Source: Hyphomicrobiales bacterium
Lineage (GTDB): Bacteria; Pseudomonadota; Alphaproteobacteria; Rhizobiales; Rhodomicrobiaceae
Assembly (NCBI GenBank): GCA_003153975.1
Contig: PMBZ01000233.1
Coordinates: forward strand, 8,677-64,090
Reading direction: 5' to 3'
DNA: 55,414 bases
A program made the translations under genes and the position numbers. Positions 20,137 through 28,302 of the stretch are shown here, piece by piece. Below the pieces are notes generated by a model. The model did not search any database, was not told where the DNA came from, and saw only the letters and a list, made by a program, of their open reading frames with translations. Numbering within the stretch: position 1 is the first letter of the stretch; each line of letters starts with the position of its first letter.

Positions 20137-20718
20137 TCATTCCTGCGATTCCTGCTGTTTGGCGGCGTTGGTGAGGACGCCCGCAAAGAAGCGGGCGAGT
20201 TCGAGGTCGTCGCGTTTCTCTGGGAGAAGGTCCTTGCCATCCTTGCCGGTGTGCTCCTGCCTCTCGGCAAGCCCGAGTTCGCGGGCGATAATATTGGCGT
20301 TGAGAAGATCGGCCGCGGCACCCGCGAACTTCTGCGAATAGATCACAGCCTCCGCGCGCGTCACGACTGGAAGCAAATCCGCGCGCGAATCTCGCCAAAG
20401 TTTCCAGGTTCTAACATCTATGTCGAGGAATAAGCACAAGCCCGTGACGGTCATCGCCCGCATCTTTGCAGTGGGTTCATGCCTTACAGTGCCTTGGAAT
20501 GTAACGAGACGGACCTCGAAAAGAGGATTTGCCTCAACCCATTCGAAATATTCGCAGCATGCTTTCCAGAGCTCTTCGCCGTTCGCGAAAACAGGCTTCG
20601 GGCCGACGCTCGACCTTGCAAGCCAGAACTTGTTTCCGGGCAGGAATTGGCCAGTGTCAGGATCGCGCTCAAGAGGGGCTGCGCTGATCGCAGTGGCGTT
20701 TTCAGGAGTTGGACGCAT
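20137..20718 (-). CDS. terS: Terminase small subunit, P22 gp3-like
   Basis: [14 protein letters not shown]...[19 protein letters not shown]...[16 protein letters not shown]...[22 protein letters not shown]. Confidence 0.88.
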   Translation of the reverse strand: MRPTPENATAISAAPLERDPDTGQFLPGNKFWLARSSVGPKPVFANGEELWKACCEYFEWVEANPLFEVRLVTFQGTVRHEPTAKMRAMTVTGLCLFLDIDVRTWKLWRDSRADLLPVVTRAEAVIYSQKFAGAAADLLNANIIARELGLAERQEHTGKDGKDLLPEKRDDLELARFFAGVLTNAAKQQESQE

Positions 20719-20740
20719 TTCAGGTGCTCCTTCGTTTTCG

Positions 20741-21259
20741 TTATGCACGGATTGCTGCGGTTTGCGTGCAAGGTCCGCATGATCGATCAAGGCTGGCACC
20801 GCGGCGGCCTATGCCTTCGCGCGCGCTGTCCGCAGAAGCCCGTGACGGGCTCGCGTGATGACTGGGTTTAAATCGGCCGGGCGCCGACTTCTGCGTTGGC
20901 ATAGCTGCCCACTCTATCATATTCACGCGGCCTTTTCCGGGCTCAAGTTTGGGCGTCCGGGCGATGCAAATCGAGCGCATAGGCTGCTGGCAATCGTCCG
21001 CGATCCCGCCGGCCCTTGTGAGCACATCGGCGACGGCCTTCCCCAGGCTGTCGGCATCGCGGTCGGAAGCCAGCGCGACAAGGCGGAAGGTGCCCCGGAA
21101 GGCGATGCCGCGCGCTTGGACCGCGATGCAGGCCAGCGCTTGCTTCTGCCAAGCGCGATATTCTGCGGTGTGCAGCCTTCCCTTGCCGGGAACTTTGGCA
21201 AAGGAAGCGTTGACGCTTGGCGGCATAGGCAAATCGAGCGAGAACGTGCGGCCGGTCAT
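20741..21259 (-). CDS. rusA: RusA-family Holliday junction resolvase (possibly degenerate)
   Basis: LPMPPSVN; [14 protein letters not shown]...IADD (usual DxDN has Ser for Asn). Confidence 0.75.
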   Translation of the reverse strand: MTGRTFSLDLPMPPSVNASFAKVPGKGRLHTAEYRAWQKQALACIAVQARGIAFRGTFRLVALASDRDADSLGKAVADVLTRAGGIADDCQQPMRSICIARTPKLEPGKGRVNMIEWAAMPTQKSAPGRFKPSHHASPSRASADSAREGIGRRGASLDRSCGPCTQTAAIRA

Positions 21260-21268
21260 GCTGTAGCC

Positions 21269-21724
21269 TCAGAATGACAGCGGGTCGCCACCGCGGCGCT
21301 CGAAATCGTCATCAGCCATACCGTTGGACGATTGATGCGGTGCGGGTCCGGCGCAATAGCTCGCGGGCACCTCGCCGCCGGGCTGTTTCCGTTCGCTGTT
21401 CTTGCCGATGCTGGCCACCTTTTCGACCTTCCAGGCCGCGATGTTGAGCCCGTGCCGGACCTCGCCGTCCGCAGCGTTCCAACTGTTCAAGGTGAGCGTG
21501 CCTTCGCAATAAATGCGATCACCCTTTTTGCAGCGTGCCGCGATAGCTTTGGCAACCTCGCCGAAGCATGCAACGCGAACCCATTGGCTCACGTCCTTGC
21601 CATCGTTCGCCTTTCCCACGGTGATGACGACATTCATGGACGCAAAGGGGTTGCCACCCTTCGACGTCTTAAGTTCGGGGTCTTTGCCCAGCACGCCCCA
21701 AAAGGCGGTCTCTATTCCGCGCAT
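21269..21724 (-). CDS. ssb: Single-stranded DNA-binding protein
   Basis: G.LGKDPELK, WVRVACFG, KKGDRIYCEGTL; acidic tail ending DPLSF. Confidence 0.9.
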   Translation of the reverse strand: MRGIETAFWGVLGKDPELKTSKGGNPFASMNVVITVGKANDGKDVSQWVRVACFGEVAKAIAARCKKGDRIYCEGTLTLNSWNAADGEVRHGLNIAAWKVEKVASIGKNSERKQPGGEVPASYCAGPAPHQSSNGMADDDFERRGGDPLSF

Positions 21725-21735
21725 GGCGCGTTCTC

Positions 21736-22230
21736 CTATAATCGTTCGAGTTGTTCTTTGATGGCCGGCCGGAAGAAATGCCAACTGCGGACGTGACCGC
21801 GGCTGATGGTTCGATCCGTCTTGCTTTTCGCGAGCAGCACGGACACCGCTTCGTCAAGCGCCTCGATGCCGTGCGCTTCGATCATGGCTTGCAGTTCGGC
21901 GAGGCCCTTTTCGTTGAAGCAGGCCGGCGCGATGGCCTTGTTCCAATCGGCTTGATGGTACTTTTCGGCGATGACCCTTGCATCGTTACCGGGTAACGTC
22001 AGCTCTTCTTCGGCCGCATCAGCCTCCAGCAACACCCGTTCGAGGGCGATGCGTTGCGAAAGCCCGCGGCGTTCGGCGATGCGCCGCAGGGCGAGCACCG
22101 CGTTGATGCGCACCCAAATATCAAGACGGGCCTCGCCCTCGCCGCGTTCGCGCGCTGGAACGTCACCGACGCGGGCGCGAGAGCGGCGGGCTCGCAATGC
22201 GCGTTGCCGTTCGGCCGGTGTCTTCGCCAT
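21736..22230 (-). CDS. Putative DNA-binding protein (RHH-like N-half)
   Basis: MAKTPAERQRALRARR...RLDIWVRINAVLALRRIAERRGLSQRIALERVL; has its own promoter with palindromic operators. Confidence 0.65.
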   Translation of the reverse strand: MAKTPAERQRALRARRSRARVGDVPARERGEGEARLDIWVRINAVLALRRIAERRGLSQRIALERVLLEADAAEEELTLPGNDARVIAEKYHQADWNKAIAPACFNEKGLAELQAMIEAHGIEALDEAVSVLLAKSKTDRTISRGHVRSWHFFRPAIKEQLERL

Positions 22231-22243
22231 GCGCTGCCTTTCC

Positions 22244-22290
22244 GTTACCGGGTAACAGATGCTTATAGATGTGTTACCCGGTAACGTCAA
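22244..22290 (-). promoter_or_regulatory. Sigma70 promoter overlapped by GTTACC(C/G)GGTAAC palindromes
   Basis: TTGACG (22290-22285)-N17-TATAAG (22267-22262); palindromes at 22244-22256 and 22273-22285, third copy at 21985-21997. Confidence 0.75.
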
Positions 22291-22348
22291 TCCGGCAGCC
22301 GCGGCTTACAGATCGGCGAGGCGGAGCTTTTCGGCGCTCGCCGTGGCG

Positions 22349-22690
22349 TCATGCGCTTGCCGCCTTCTTTGGCTTGCGTGGCAGGCACGGCCGGCCTGCA
22401 CTCTCAATCAGACGCAGAGCTTCTGCGGCGTCCCATCCCTTGAGCCATGCCAAGTGGCAAGGCCGCGCTCCGGCGTAAACTCTGCCACCTGGCTTTTTGT
22501 AGGGGCTCTCCTCACGGGTATAGCCCATTTTCCGGGCCCTTATTCCTGCCCGGCCGGCGCTTTCTATCTCGCACAATGACGGGTTCTGAAATTGATCGCG
22601 AGCTACGGGATGGGCGAGCGCCGGCTTCGGCCTTGGTTTGCGCTTCACCGGAAAATGCAGCACAACGGCACTTCGGTCCTCAGGCTGCAT
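22349..22690 (-). CDS. Protein with ribosome-modulation-factor (Rmf)-like motif
   Basis: AGIRARKMGYTREESPY...AWLKGWDAA matches GxxAxxxG...PY...WxxGW; GGAGG SD. Confidence 0.6.
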   Translation of the reverse strand: MQPEDRSAVVLHFPVKRKPRPKPALAHPVARDQFQNPSLCEIESAGRAGIRARKMGYTREESPYKKPGGRVYAGARPCHLAWLKGWDAAEALRLIESAGRPCLPRKPKKAASA

Positions 22691-25289
22691 AGCGTGCCTC
22701 CTCCATTGCAATTTGAACCTCGCTTTGGATTGCTTCGTCGAAATAGTCCCAGGTGCGCACCCCCTGCTCGTCCATTTCCGCGAATGTGGCCCAGCCGCAC
22801 AGCTTGCCGATGATGGCATGGACCGCGGTGTTGCGGGCAAGAGCCCCGAACCGCGCGCCGTGGAACGAAGCTTGGACCCTTTCGACATTATCGAGCGTTT
22901 CGGCAAGCTCATAGATGCCGTCATAGCGGAACAGCATGGGGTGCAGCACGCCATTGCAGTCGTTGCGCATCAAGCGCTCGATCACGTCTTGGCCGTCAGC
23001 ATCCAAGACCGCAATCCATTCGCGCCGGTCTGGCTTGGCAGGCTTGGTGCTTGCCTTCTGGCGAGCACCTTTCTTGCCTTGCCGCTTCGGCTTGATTTCT
23101 ACCGAAGGTAGACGTATTTCGGAATCGCAATCTGAGGAAGTCGCGCTTGCGCTACCTCTTGTTCCATCGACAGCAGGTGCGGTTGTGACGAGGGTAGTGT
23201 GGAGCGGGAGGGTTGCTCCGCCGGGAGGCGTCGCCAACAACCTTTTCATGGTCGAGGCGCAAGACCGACCGAGGGACTGTTCTTCTCTATAAGGTATGTG
23301 CTGTTTCTGTCCCGTTTCGGTGTGCGGGCTTTGTCCAGTTTCGACGTGCTGTTTCTGTCCACGCTTCCGGCATCGGATGTAGCCGTAAACGCCGGAAATC
23401 GTGCCCTCGGTAGCCAGGCCGCATTGAACGAGCGGTGCCATCAACCGGCGCACGGTCTTGACGTGGATGTTGAAGCGGTGCCCGATCCGCTCTGGCACGA
23501 GCGCGAAACCGAGTGCTTGCGAATTTAGATAAAGGAGCAGCGCATGTTGCTTCCAAACTGATTTGCTGCCCGGCTGCCGCTTGATGCCGGGCATTGCGCG
23601 GGGTAGGTGTTGGTAGCCCTTCCTCCCTTTTGGCGCCTCGCTGAAATCGAGCTTCTCACGGGCGAACCAAGCCAAGTTTCTGCGCTTCGTCGTGGTGCGC
23701 TCCATGTAGCCGGCATCCGCGAGCTTCTCCACGGCGCTGTAAAAGTTCTCTCTGCCAAAGCCAAAGTCACGGGCGAGATCGTGCCTCTTAGTTCCCCAAC
23801 CGGGGGATTGCCGTACCCTGTAGCTGAGCAGGAAGAGCGCGGCGAGGTCTAGCTGCGTGTCGTCCACGATGGAATGAGGCAACCGGCATTGCTCATAGCC
23901 TGGTGCCGCCGGAGCTTTGTTGCATGCGGTTCCGGTCATGCCGCGGCCCTTTCGAGATGAGCGCTCGCTATGGCGTCGGGCATCAGCAAGCCGCTGGCCT
24001 TGCGCCGATGCCATGTGCGGCGGGAGATGTTCGCCTGCTTCCAGGGCTGGCACCGCTGGTTGTTCAATGCCGTAGCGGGTGTGCACGCCGGAGTAGAATT
24101 GCCCCCCTGGCACCAACCCATTGCACAATGCCATATCAGATATACGCCCCTCTTGGGGCGCGAGCAGGCCGCTGCCCTTGCGGTCGTACCAAGTGCGTCT
24201 GCCGATCCCCAAAGCCTCCCACGGCTTCGTTAGCTCAGCCGAAACGTGCCCCTTCCACCGCATGCGCGCCCGCGCCCGCTGGATTTCGGAAAACACGCCA
24301 TGCGAAGCGCTCATCCACGCCCACGCCGTCACGGACTTAATGACGCTCGTCAACTCGCGAACGCCAAGCGGAACTTCGAAGTTGCTGTTCAGATCGAACG
24401 CGTAAACGCGCATGAGCTGGCCGAAGTCGCGGTTTTGGCTCGCGTCTTGGCACTTAAGCGCTTGCCTGAGCCCGTACTTCGCAAGATCACTCGTCAGACT
24501 GCAATTCCGGCCGCGCTCGGCAAATTCGCTTTCGTCCTGCTTCGGCCGGTGCCAATGCTCCATATCCTGAGGCTCAAGGAACACGAGAAAATCGTGCAAA
24601 TCGTATGGCCTGTTGGAAAGCCACGTCGTTCGATAGTTCGGGTGATCCGGCGTCTTGGTCAGAACGTGCGCATAGCCCCTATCGCCGTGCAGCCTGGCTG
24701 TCATCCCGCGCTTAATCGCATCCAGAAGGCTGACCGGCCGCGGTCTGGAATTCGCTGATCTGGAAACGGGCTTAACCAGGAAGTAGCCGTAGTGACATTT
24801 GCCGTTGTCGCGGTTCTGGGTGATGGTGTTGGGAGGCAGCACGTTCGCCTCTTCCCAGGCGAAAGCAGCGTCTTCAAAATCGAGGTCGAAGTTCATGGTG
24901 CTCACCAGGCCGCGAGTGTTCGGCCCAATGAATGGCATCGTGATCGCCTTGTTTTTCCGCTCGCGCCAGGAGCCGTGCCTTTCGAGATCGTCGCTGCACA
25001 GCGGGAATTTGGGCAGCGAGGCATGGAAGCGCTCTTTCAGCGGCAGCAGCTCGCCGGCATCGGCGGGAAAGCTGCCAAGCTCGGAAAAGGTGATTGGCGG
25101 CTTTGCCGTGCGGTTGCGCTTTTGGGGCGCGGCCGGCTTTTTCGCTTTGGAATCCTGGCGGAAGCCCCTGGCCGCTAAAGCCTGTTTGAATTGCTGCGGC
25201 CAGATTTCCGGGTCTTTGCTCCATTCCCAATAGGGTTGAGCGATGCCAAAAGCGGCATATTCAGTGCCATGTGCTGTTGCAAGTTCCAT
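22680..25289 (-). CDS. Replication ORF: ColE2-type Replicase/PriCT initiator read through into a wHTH phage-type initiator (second start likely 23939)
   Basis: FDLD...LPPN.IT.NRDNGKCHYGY.L..PV...GDRGY..VLTKTP.HP, GRNCSL, N..F..PL...E....KSV..W, PWEALGIGRRTWY; distal part DLARDFGFGRENFYSAVEKLADAGYMER. Confidence 0.85.
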   Translation of the reverse strand: MELATAHGTEYAAFGIAQPYWEWSKDPEIWPQQFKQALAARGFRQDSKAKKPAAPQKRNRTAKPPITFSELGSFPADAGELLPLKERFHASLPKFPLCSDDLERHGSWRERKNKAITMPFIGPNTRGLVSTMNFDLDFEDAAFAWEEANVLPPNTITQNRDNGKCHYGYFLVKPVSRSANSRPRPVSLLDAIKRGMTARLHGDRGYAHVLTKTPDHPNYRTTWLSNRPYDLHDFLVFLEPQDMEHWHRPKQDESEFAERGRNCSLTSDLAKYGLRQALKCQDASQNRDFGQLMRVYAFDLNSNFEVPLGVRELTSVIKSVTAWAWMSASHGVFSEIQRARARMRWKGHVSAELTKPWEALGIGRRTWYDRKGSGLLAPQEGRISDMALCNGLVPGGQFYSGVHTRYGIEQPAVPALEAGEHLPPHMASAQGQRLADARRHSERSSRKGRGMTGTACNKAPAAPGYEQCRLPHSIVDDTQLDLAALFLLSYRVRQSPGWGTKRHDLARDFGFGRENFYSAVEKLADAGYMERTTTKRRNLAWFAREKLDFSEAPKGRKGYQHLPRAMPGIKRQPGSKSVWKQHALLLYLNSQALGFALVPERIGHRFNIHVKTVRRLMAPLVQCGLATEGTISGVYGYIRCRKRGQKQHVETGQSPHTETGQKQHIPYREEQSLGRSCASTMKRLLATPPGGATLPLHTTLVTTAPAVDGTRGSASATSSDCDSEIRLPSVEIKPKRQGKKGARQKASTKPAKPDRREWIAVLDADGQDVIERLMRNDCNGVLHPMLFRYDGIYELAETLDNVERVQASFHGARFGALARNTAVHAIIGKLCGWATFAEMDEQGVRTWDYFDEAIQSEVQIAMEEARYAA
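23298..23360. repeat. 24-bp tandem repeats (iteron-like) inside the distal initiator domain
   Basis: gtgctgtttctgtcccgtttcggt / gtgcgggctttgtccagtttcgac / gtgctgtttctgtcc. Confidence 0.8.
23936..24121 (-). CDS. Overlapping mini-ORF encoding a second copy of the Rep C-terminal HTH motif
   Basis: QPWKQANISRRTWHRRKASGLLMP vs Rep KPWEALGIGRRTWYDRKGSGLLAP; its TGA overlaps ATG 23939. Confidence 0.55.
   Translation of the reverse strand: MGWCQGGNSTPACTPATALNNQRCQPWKQANISRRTWHRRKASGLLMPDAIASAHLERAAA
24121..24150 (+). other. ColE2-type replication origin-like sequence
   Basis: TTGCACAATGCCATATCAGATATACGCCCC resembles the ColE2 ori core (TATCAGATA, recalled from memory); lies right after the Rep HTH coding region. 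Confidence 0.5.
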
Positions 25290-25321
25290 GTGGAGCCTTG
25301 TTTCGAAAGGGCACAAAGGGC

Positions 25322-25350
25322 TTGCAGCGAACCGGGCGAGCGCCTATATA
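25322..25350 (+). promoter_or_regulatory. Promoter antisense to the rep leader
   Basis: TTGCAG-N17-TATATA. Confidence 0.6.
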
Positions 25351-25356
25351 AGCAAA

Positions 25357-25564
25357 GGTGATTCATTTGCGGCGCTGAGTATCGGTCGCGATGCTGGTAA
25401 ACCTTTGCAGTCCTTAAACGAGTTGCAGTTTGGCTCACATGCTCTAGGCAAGCATGATTGAGCCGGTTCAGGCGGTACAACTGAGAGGGTACTGACGCGA
25501 AACTGATAACCCGACACACACGCGCACAAACTTTCAGGCGCCCTGCCATCGAGCGGGGCGTTTT
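25357..25564 (+). ncRNA. Candidate counter-transcribed copy-control RNA
   Basis: Promoter at 25322-25350 and plus-strand terminators at 25538-25564 and 25588-25619, opposite to xis-rep transcription. Confidence 0.45.
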
Positions 25565-25587
25565 GCTGTTCAGGAAGTGGCTGATGC

Positions 25588-25619
25588 AGCCGCTGAGGTT
25601 TCCATCGGCGGTTTTTTTT
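25588..25619 (+). terminator. Intrinsic terminator
   Basis: AGCCGCTGA-GGTTTCCA-TCGGCGGTT followed by a T-run. Confidence 0.7.
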
Positions 25620-25623
25620 ATGC

Positions 25624-25845
25624 TTACGCTTGCGCGCTAAGGTCGAGATCAGGCAACGATCTCATGAACGCCGTCAGATCCTCGTCGAGAATAAGCGTCC
25701 TGCGGCCGAATTTGCGCGCCCGCAGCCGCTTTTCTTTGATCGCCGCGTAAATCCCATCTCGGCAGGTGCCGAGAAGTTCGGCAGCGCCATCAACAGAATA
25801 AGCGCGTCGGCGTAGGGTAATAGGATGGTTCACATAGTCCTCCAT
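25624..25845 (-). CDS. Excisionase-like HTH (HTH_17) protein
   Basis: AYSVDGAAELLGTCRDGIYAAIKEKRLRARKFGRRTLI. Confidence 0.9.
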   Translation of the reverse strand: MEDYVNHPITLRRRAYSVDGAAELLGTCRDGIYAAIKEKRLRARKFGRRTLILDEDLTAFMRSLPDLDLSAQA

Positions 25846-25934
25846 CGGGAATCGATGGAAATCAGATTACATATGCCAACCAACCTCGTAAGTCGCTTTT
25901 GGGAAGCTAAAAATCAGCGCGAAAAGCGACCTGA

Positions 25935-26654
25935 TCAGTCCGTGTGCGCATCCGCATCAACGAATTTTCTAACGTCACGCCAAAGGCTATGTGCGCCTCC
26001 GGGCGAAAGTGTTTTTTTCTCAAGATGACTCAGCACCTCCGCTAAGAAAAATTCCCATGGACCGCCAACCGTAGCCAGAGGCTTCGCCTCGAAAATCTTA
26101 GTGAATACCGAGGAAAGTATGTATACAAACATATAACGCAAATGGTTTAACCTTTGAACGGGGGTGCCAGTGCTTTTCAATGTTTCCTCAAAATCCCTAC
26201 CTCTTCGACAAACAGATTCAATAGCTTGTAAATTCTGCTTCGCTTTAACCACAAATGATCTGGCATAAATACTTGGAAGAAGCACCTTTGTGCTAACAAG
26301 AAAGCTGCGCATACGCAAATCTAGTGCCTGATGCTCGTTTTGCATTTCTTCTGCTGTAGGCGTTTGCCTCGACAGAGGATGGCCTGTTTCCTGGTCGAAT
26401 ACATAAGCTACATCAATTTCCATTTCGGCAACCATCTTTCCGAGACTATTGCTGAGTTTCTCCATATTGTTCCACTGCTCGATGCGTTTTGATGGTTTAA
26501 CGGCATCTTTCACCTCAAGCCTAGATACATGGGCATCCCATTCTTTATTAATATAGTCCCTAAGAAGTTGTCTTTTCTCGATTGATAGGTGCGAGAAGGG
26601 TGCTTCCATTTGATCTACGATATTGTTGATTTCAGAGGTCTTTATACGCCCCAT
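25935..26654 (-). CDS. Hypothetical protein, AT-rich, between int and xis
   Basis: 239-aa ORF starting 3 nt after the integrase stop; visibly lower GC. Confidence 0.75.
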   Translation of the reverse strand: MGRIKTSEINNIVDQMEAPFSHLSIEKRQLLRDYINKEWDAHVSRLEVKDAVKPSKRIEQWNNMEKLSNSLGKMVAEMEIDVAYVFDQETGHPLSRQTPTAEEMQNEHQALDLRMRSFLVSTKVLLPSIYARSFVVKAKQNLQAIESVCRRGRDFEETLKSTGTPVQRLNHLRYMFVYILSSVFTKIFEAKPLATVGGPWEFFLAEVLSHLEKKTLSPGGAHSLWRDVRKFVDADAHTD

Positions 26655-26657
26655 ATG

Positions 26658-27881
26658 CTAAACCCCCTCCAGTTGTGGAGCGGTAGCCGTCGCCAAACCG
26701 CTTCCGCAATATGCAGCCCAGGTCTCCATGAGAGCGCGCCGCTTTTGGAATAAATCGCCCCGCCGGTAGGCGCGCTCGACCGCGCTTTCGATTGTATGGG
26801 CGAGCGCCATCTCAACAACTTCCGACGGAAAGCTCGTTGCCTCAGCGGCCCAATCGCGAAACGTTGAGCGGAAGCCGTGAACCGTAAGCCCCGGCCGCAT
26901 TCCGCGCAGCACCTCCAGCATTGCCATGTTGGAGAATGGGCGGCCTAACTTCGCACCCGGAAATATGTATTTGCTTTCCTCGAAGCGCGGGAGATCGCGG
27001 AGTAGTTCGACGGCGGCGGCAGAAAGCGGAACTCGATGCTCGACGCCTGCTTTCATTCTTTGGGGCGGCACTGTCCAGATTTGGTTATCGATGTCGATTT
27101 CTGGCCATAGGGCCAGGATCGCCTCTGACGTGCGCGATGCCGTTAGAATGGTGAAATCTAGGGCACGCGCGGAGATGGCGGTGTGGGTTCGCAGCTCAGT
27201 TATGAATTTTGGAATCTCAGCCCAGGAAAGTGCCGGATGATGCCGGACGATGCTTTTTTTCTTGTGGGCGGGCAGAAGATGCGCAAGGTGTCCACGCCAC
27301 AAGGCGGGATTGGGGCCGTCCCGGTATTTTCTCACACGGCACCAATCCAGCACATTCGCGATTCGGCCACGGACGCGGGTCGCCGTTTCAGGTTTTGCTT
27401 GCCAGATTGGTTCAAGAATTTGGAGCACATCTTCCGTTGTGATCGCGGCAACGTCCTTATTGCCAATGACCGGGGCAACGTAGGTGCCGAGCGTGTTTCG
27501 CCACTGTTCGCGGTGCTTTGCGTTACGCCATGATGTTTCATGGGCCGCGATATATCGACTTACCGCTTCTCGAAAGGTGATGCCGCTAACGGCACCGTTT
27601 TGGGTTTCGGCCACCCGTTTTCGGTGCTCGATTGGATCGATGCCTTGCCTCAATAGCTTCCGGCAGTCTTCCGCGATCTCCCGCGCACTAGCGAGGCTGA
27701 TAGAAGAGCATATGCCAAGCCCCGCATCGCGGGTTCGAGTCCCGAGCGTGAAACGAAAAATCCAGCCCTTGGTGCCCGTTTCGGTGATCCGCAAATAGAG
27801 GCCGCCACCATCTGGATAGAAACCTTTATCTTGGAGATTTTTCACGCCCACGGCTGATAGGCGGTGCATTGTCTTCGCCAT
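26658..27881 (-). CDS. int: P4-type tyrosine integrase with arm-binding domain, intact
   Basis: DGGGLYLRI..G.K.W.FRF; catalytic TASR, MKAG, HGFRSTFRDW, LAH, AYRR. Confidence 0.96.
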   Translation of the reverse strand: MAKTMHRLSAVGVKNLQDKGFYPDGGGLYLRITETGTKGWIFRFTLGTRTRDAGLGICSSISLASAREIAEDCRKLLRQGIDPIEHRKRVAETQNGAVSGITFREAVSRYIAAHETSWRNAKHREQWRNTLGTYVAPVIGNKDVAAITTEDVLQILEPIWQAKPETATRVRGRIANVLDWCRVRKYRDGPNPALWRGHLAHLLPAHKKKSIVRHHPALSWAEIPKFITELRTHTAISARALDFTILTASRTSEAILALWPEIDIDNQIWTVPPQRMKAGVEHRVPLSAAAVELLRDLPRFEESKYIFPGAKLGRPFSNMAMLEVLRGMRPGLTVHGFRSTFRDWAAEATSFPSEVVEMALAHTIESAVERAYRRGDLFQKRRALMETWAAYCGSGLATATAPQLEGV

Positions 27882-27889
27882 ATTCACGC

Positions 27890-27914
27890 TAGCCCATGAT
27901 CCAGCCCATAGTTC
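27890..27914. repeat. Integrase arm-type tandem sites (AGCCCAT x2); similar pair at 29344-29367
   Basis: agcccatgatccagcccatagtt vs caacccatggcatagcccatagtt. Confidence 0.55.
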
Positions 27915-28035
27915 ATGGCTCGGTGCTAGCAGATATTGATCGACGTTAACAGACGCTATTCTCAAGTAAGCTATTGTGCGCACACAACTTTATGCAGTGC
28001 CAAGCGACGGTGATCGTTGGAGATAGACGCCATCT

Positions 28036-28056
28036 TGGCGGACACCCCCTCCGCCA
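28036..28056 (+). other. att core: tRNA-Ser-like 3' end fragment
   Basis: TGGCGGA-CACCCCC-TCCGCCA ~160 bp upstream of int; CACCCCCTCCGCCA resembles a tRNA-Ser acceptor end. Confidence 0.6.
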
Positions 28057-28302
28057 CATGGAAACGAACCCCTCCCTCTCGCGAACACGGTCGCAAGGCA
28101 AGCATTTGTAGTCGCCATCAATGGAACCACCGCGCAGAGGCAAGTACAAAGTAGCATGTAGATTCCGCGTTCCAGGCTCATCCCCAAATTGGCTTCGCTG
28201 TTGAATGAACAGAAAGTTCACGACCAGCGGGCGTCTACCTGACCAGCGTCTGCGCAGCCAACATGCTCATCTGCGATGAGCATAGAACGTCGGTGTTGTC
28301 GC

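Larger units (their letters stand above)
20137..28056 (-). mobile_element. Phage-satellite (PICI-like) core: int-orf-xis-rep-rmf-like-RHH-ssb-rusA-terS; left boundary not found
   Basis: Co-oriented integration, replication and terS genes; no terL, capsid or tail genes; att-like core at 28043-28056. Confidence 0.7.
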
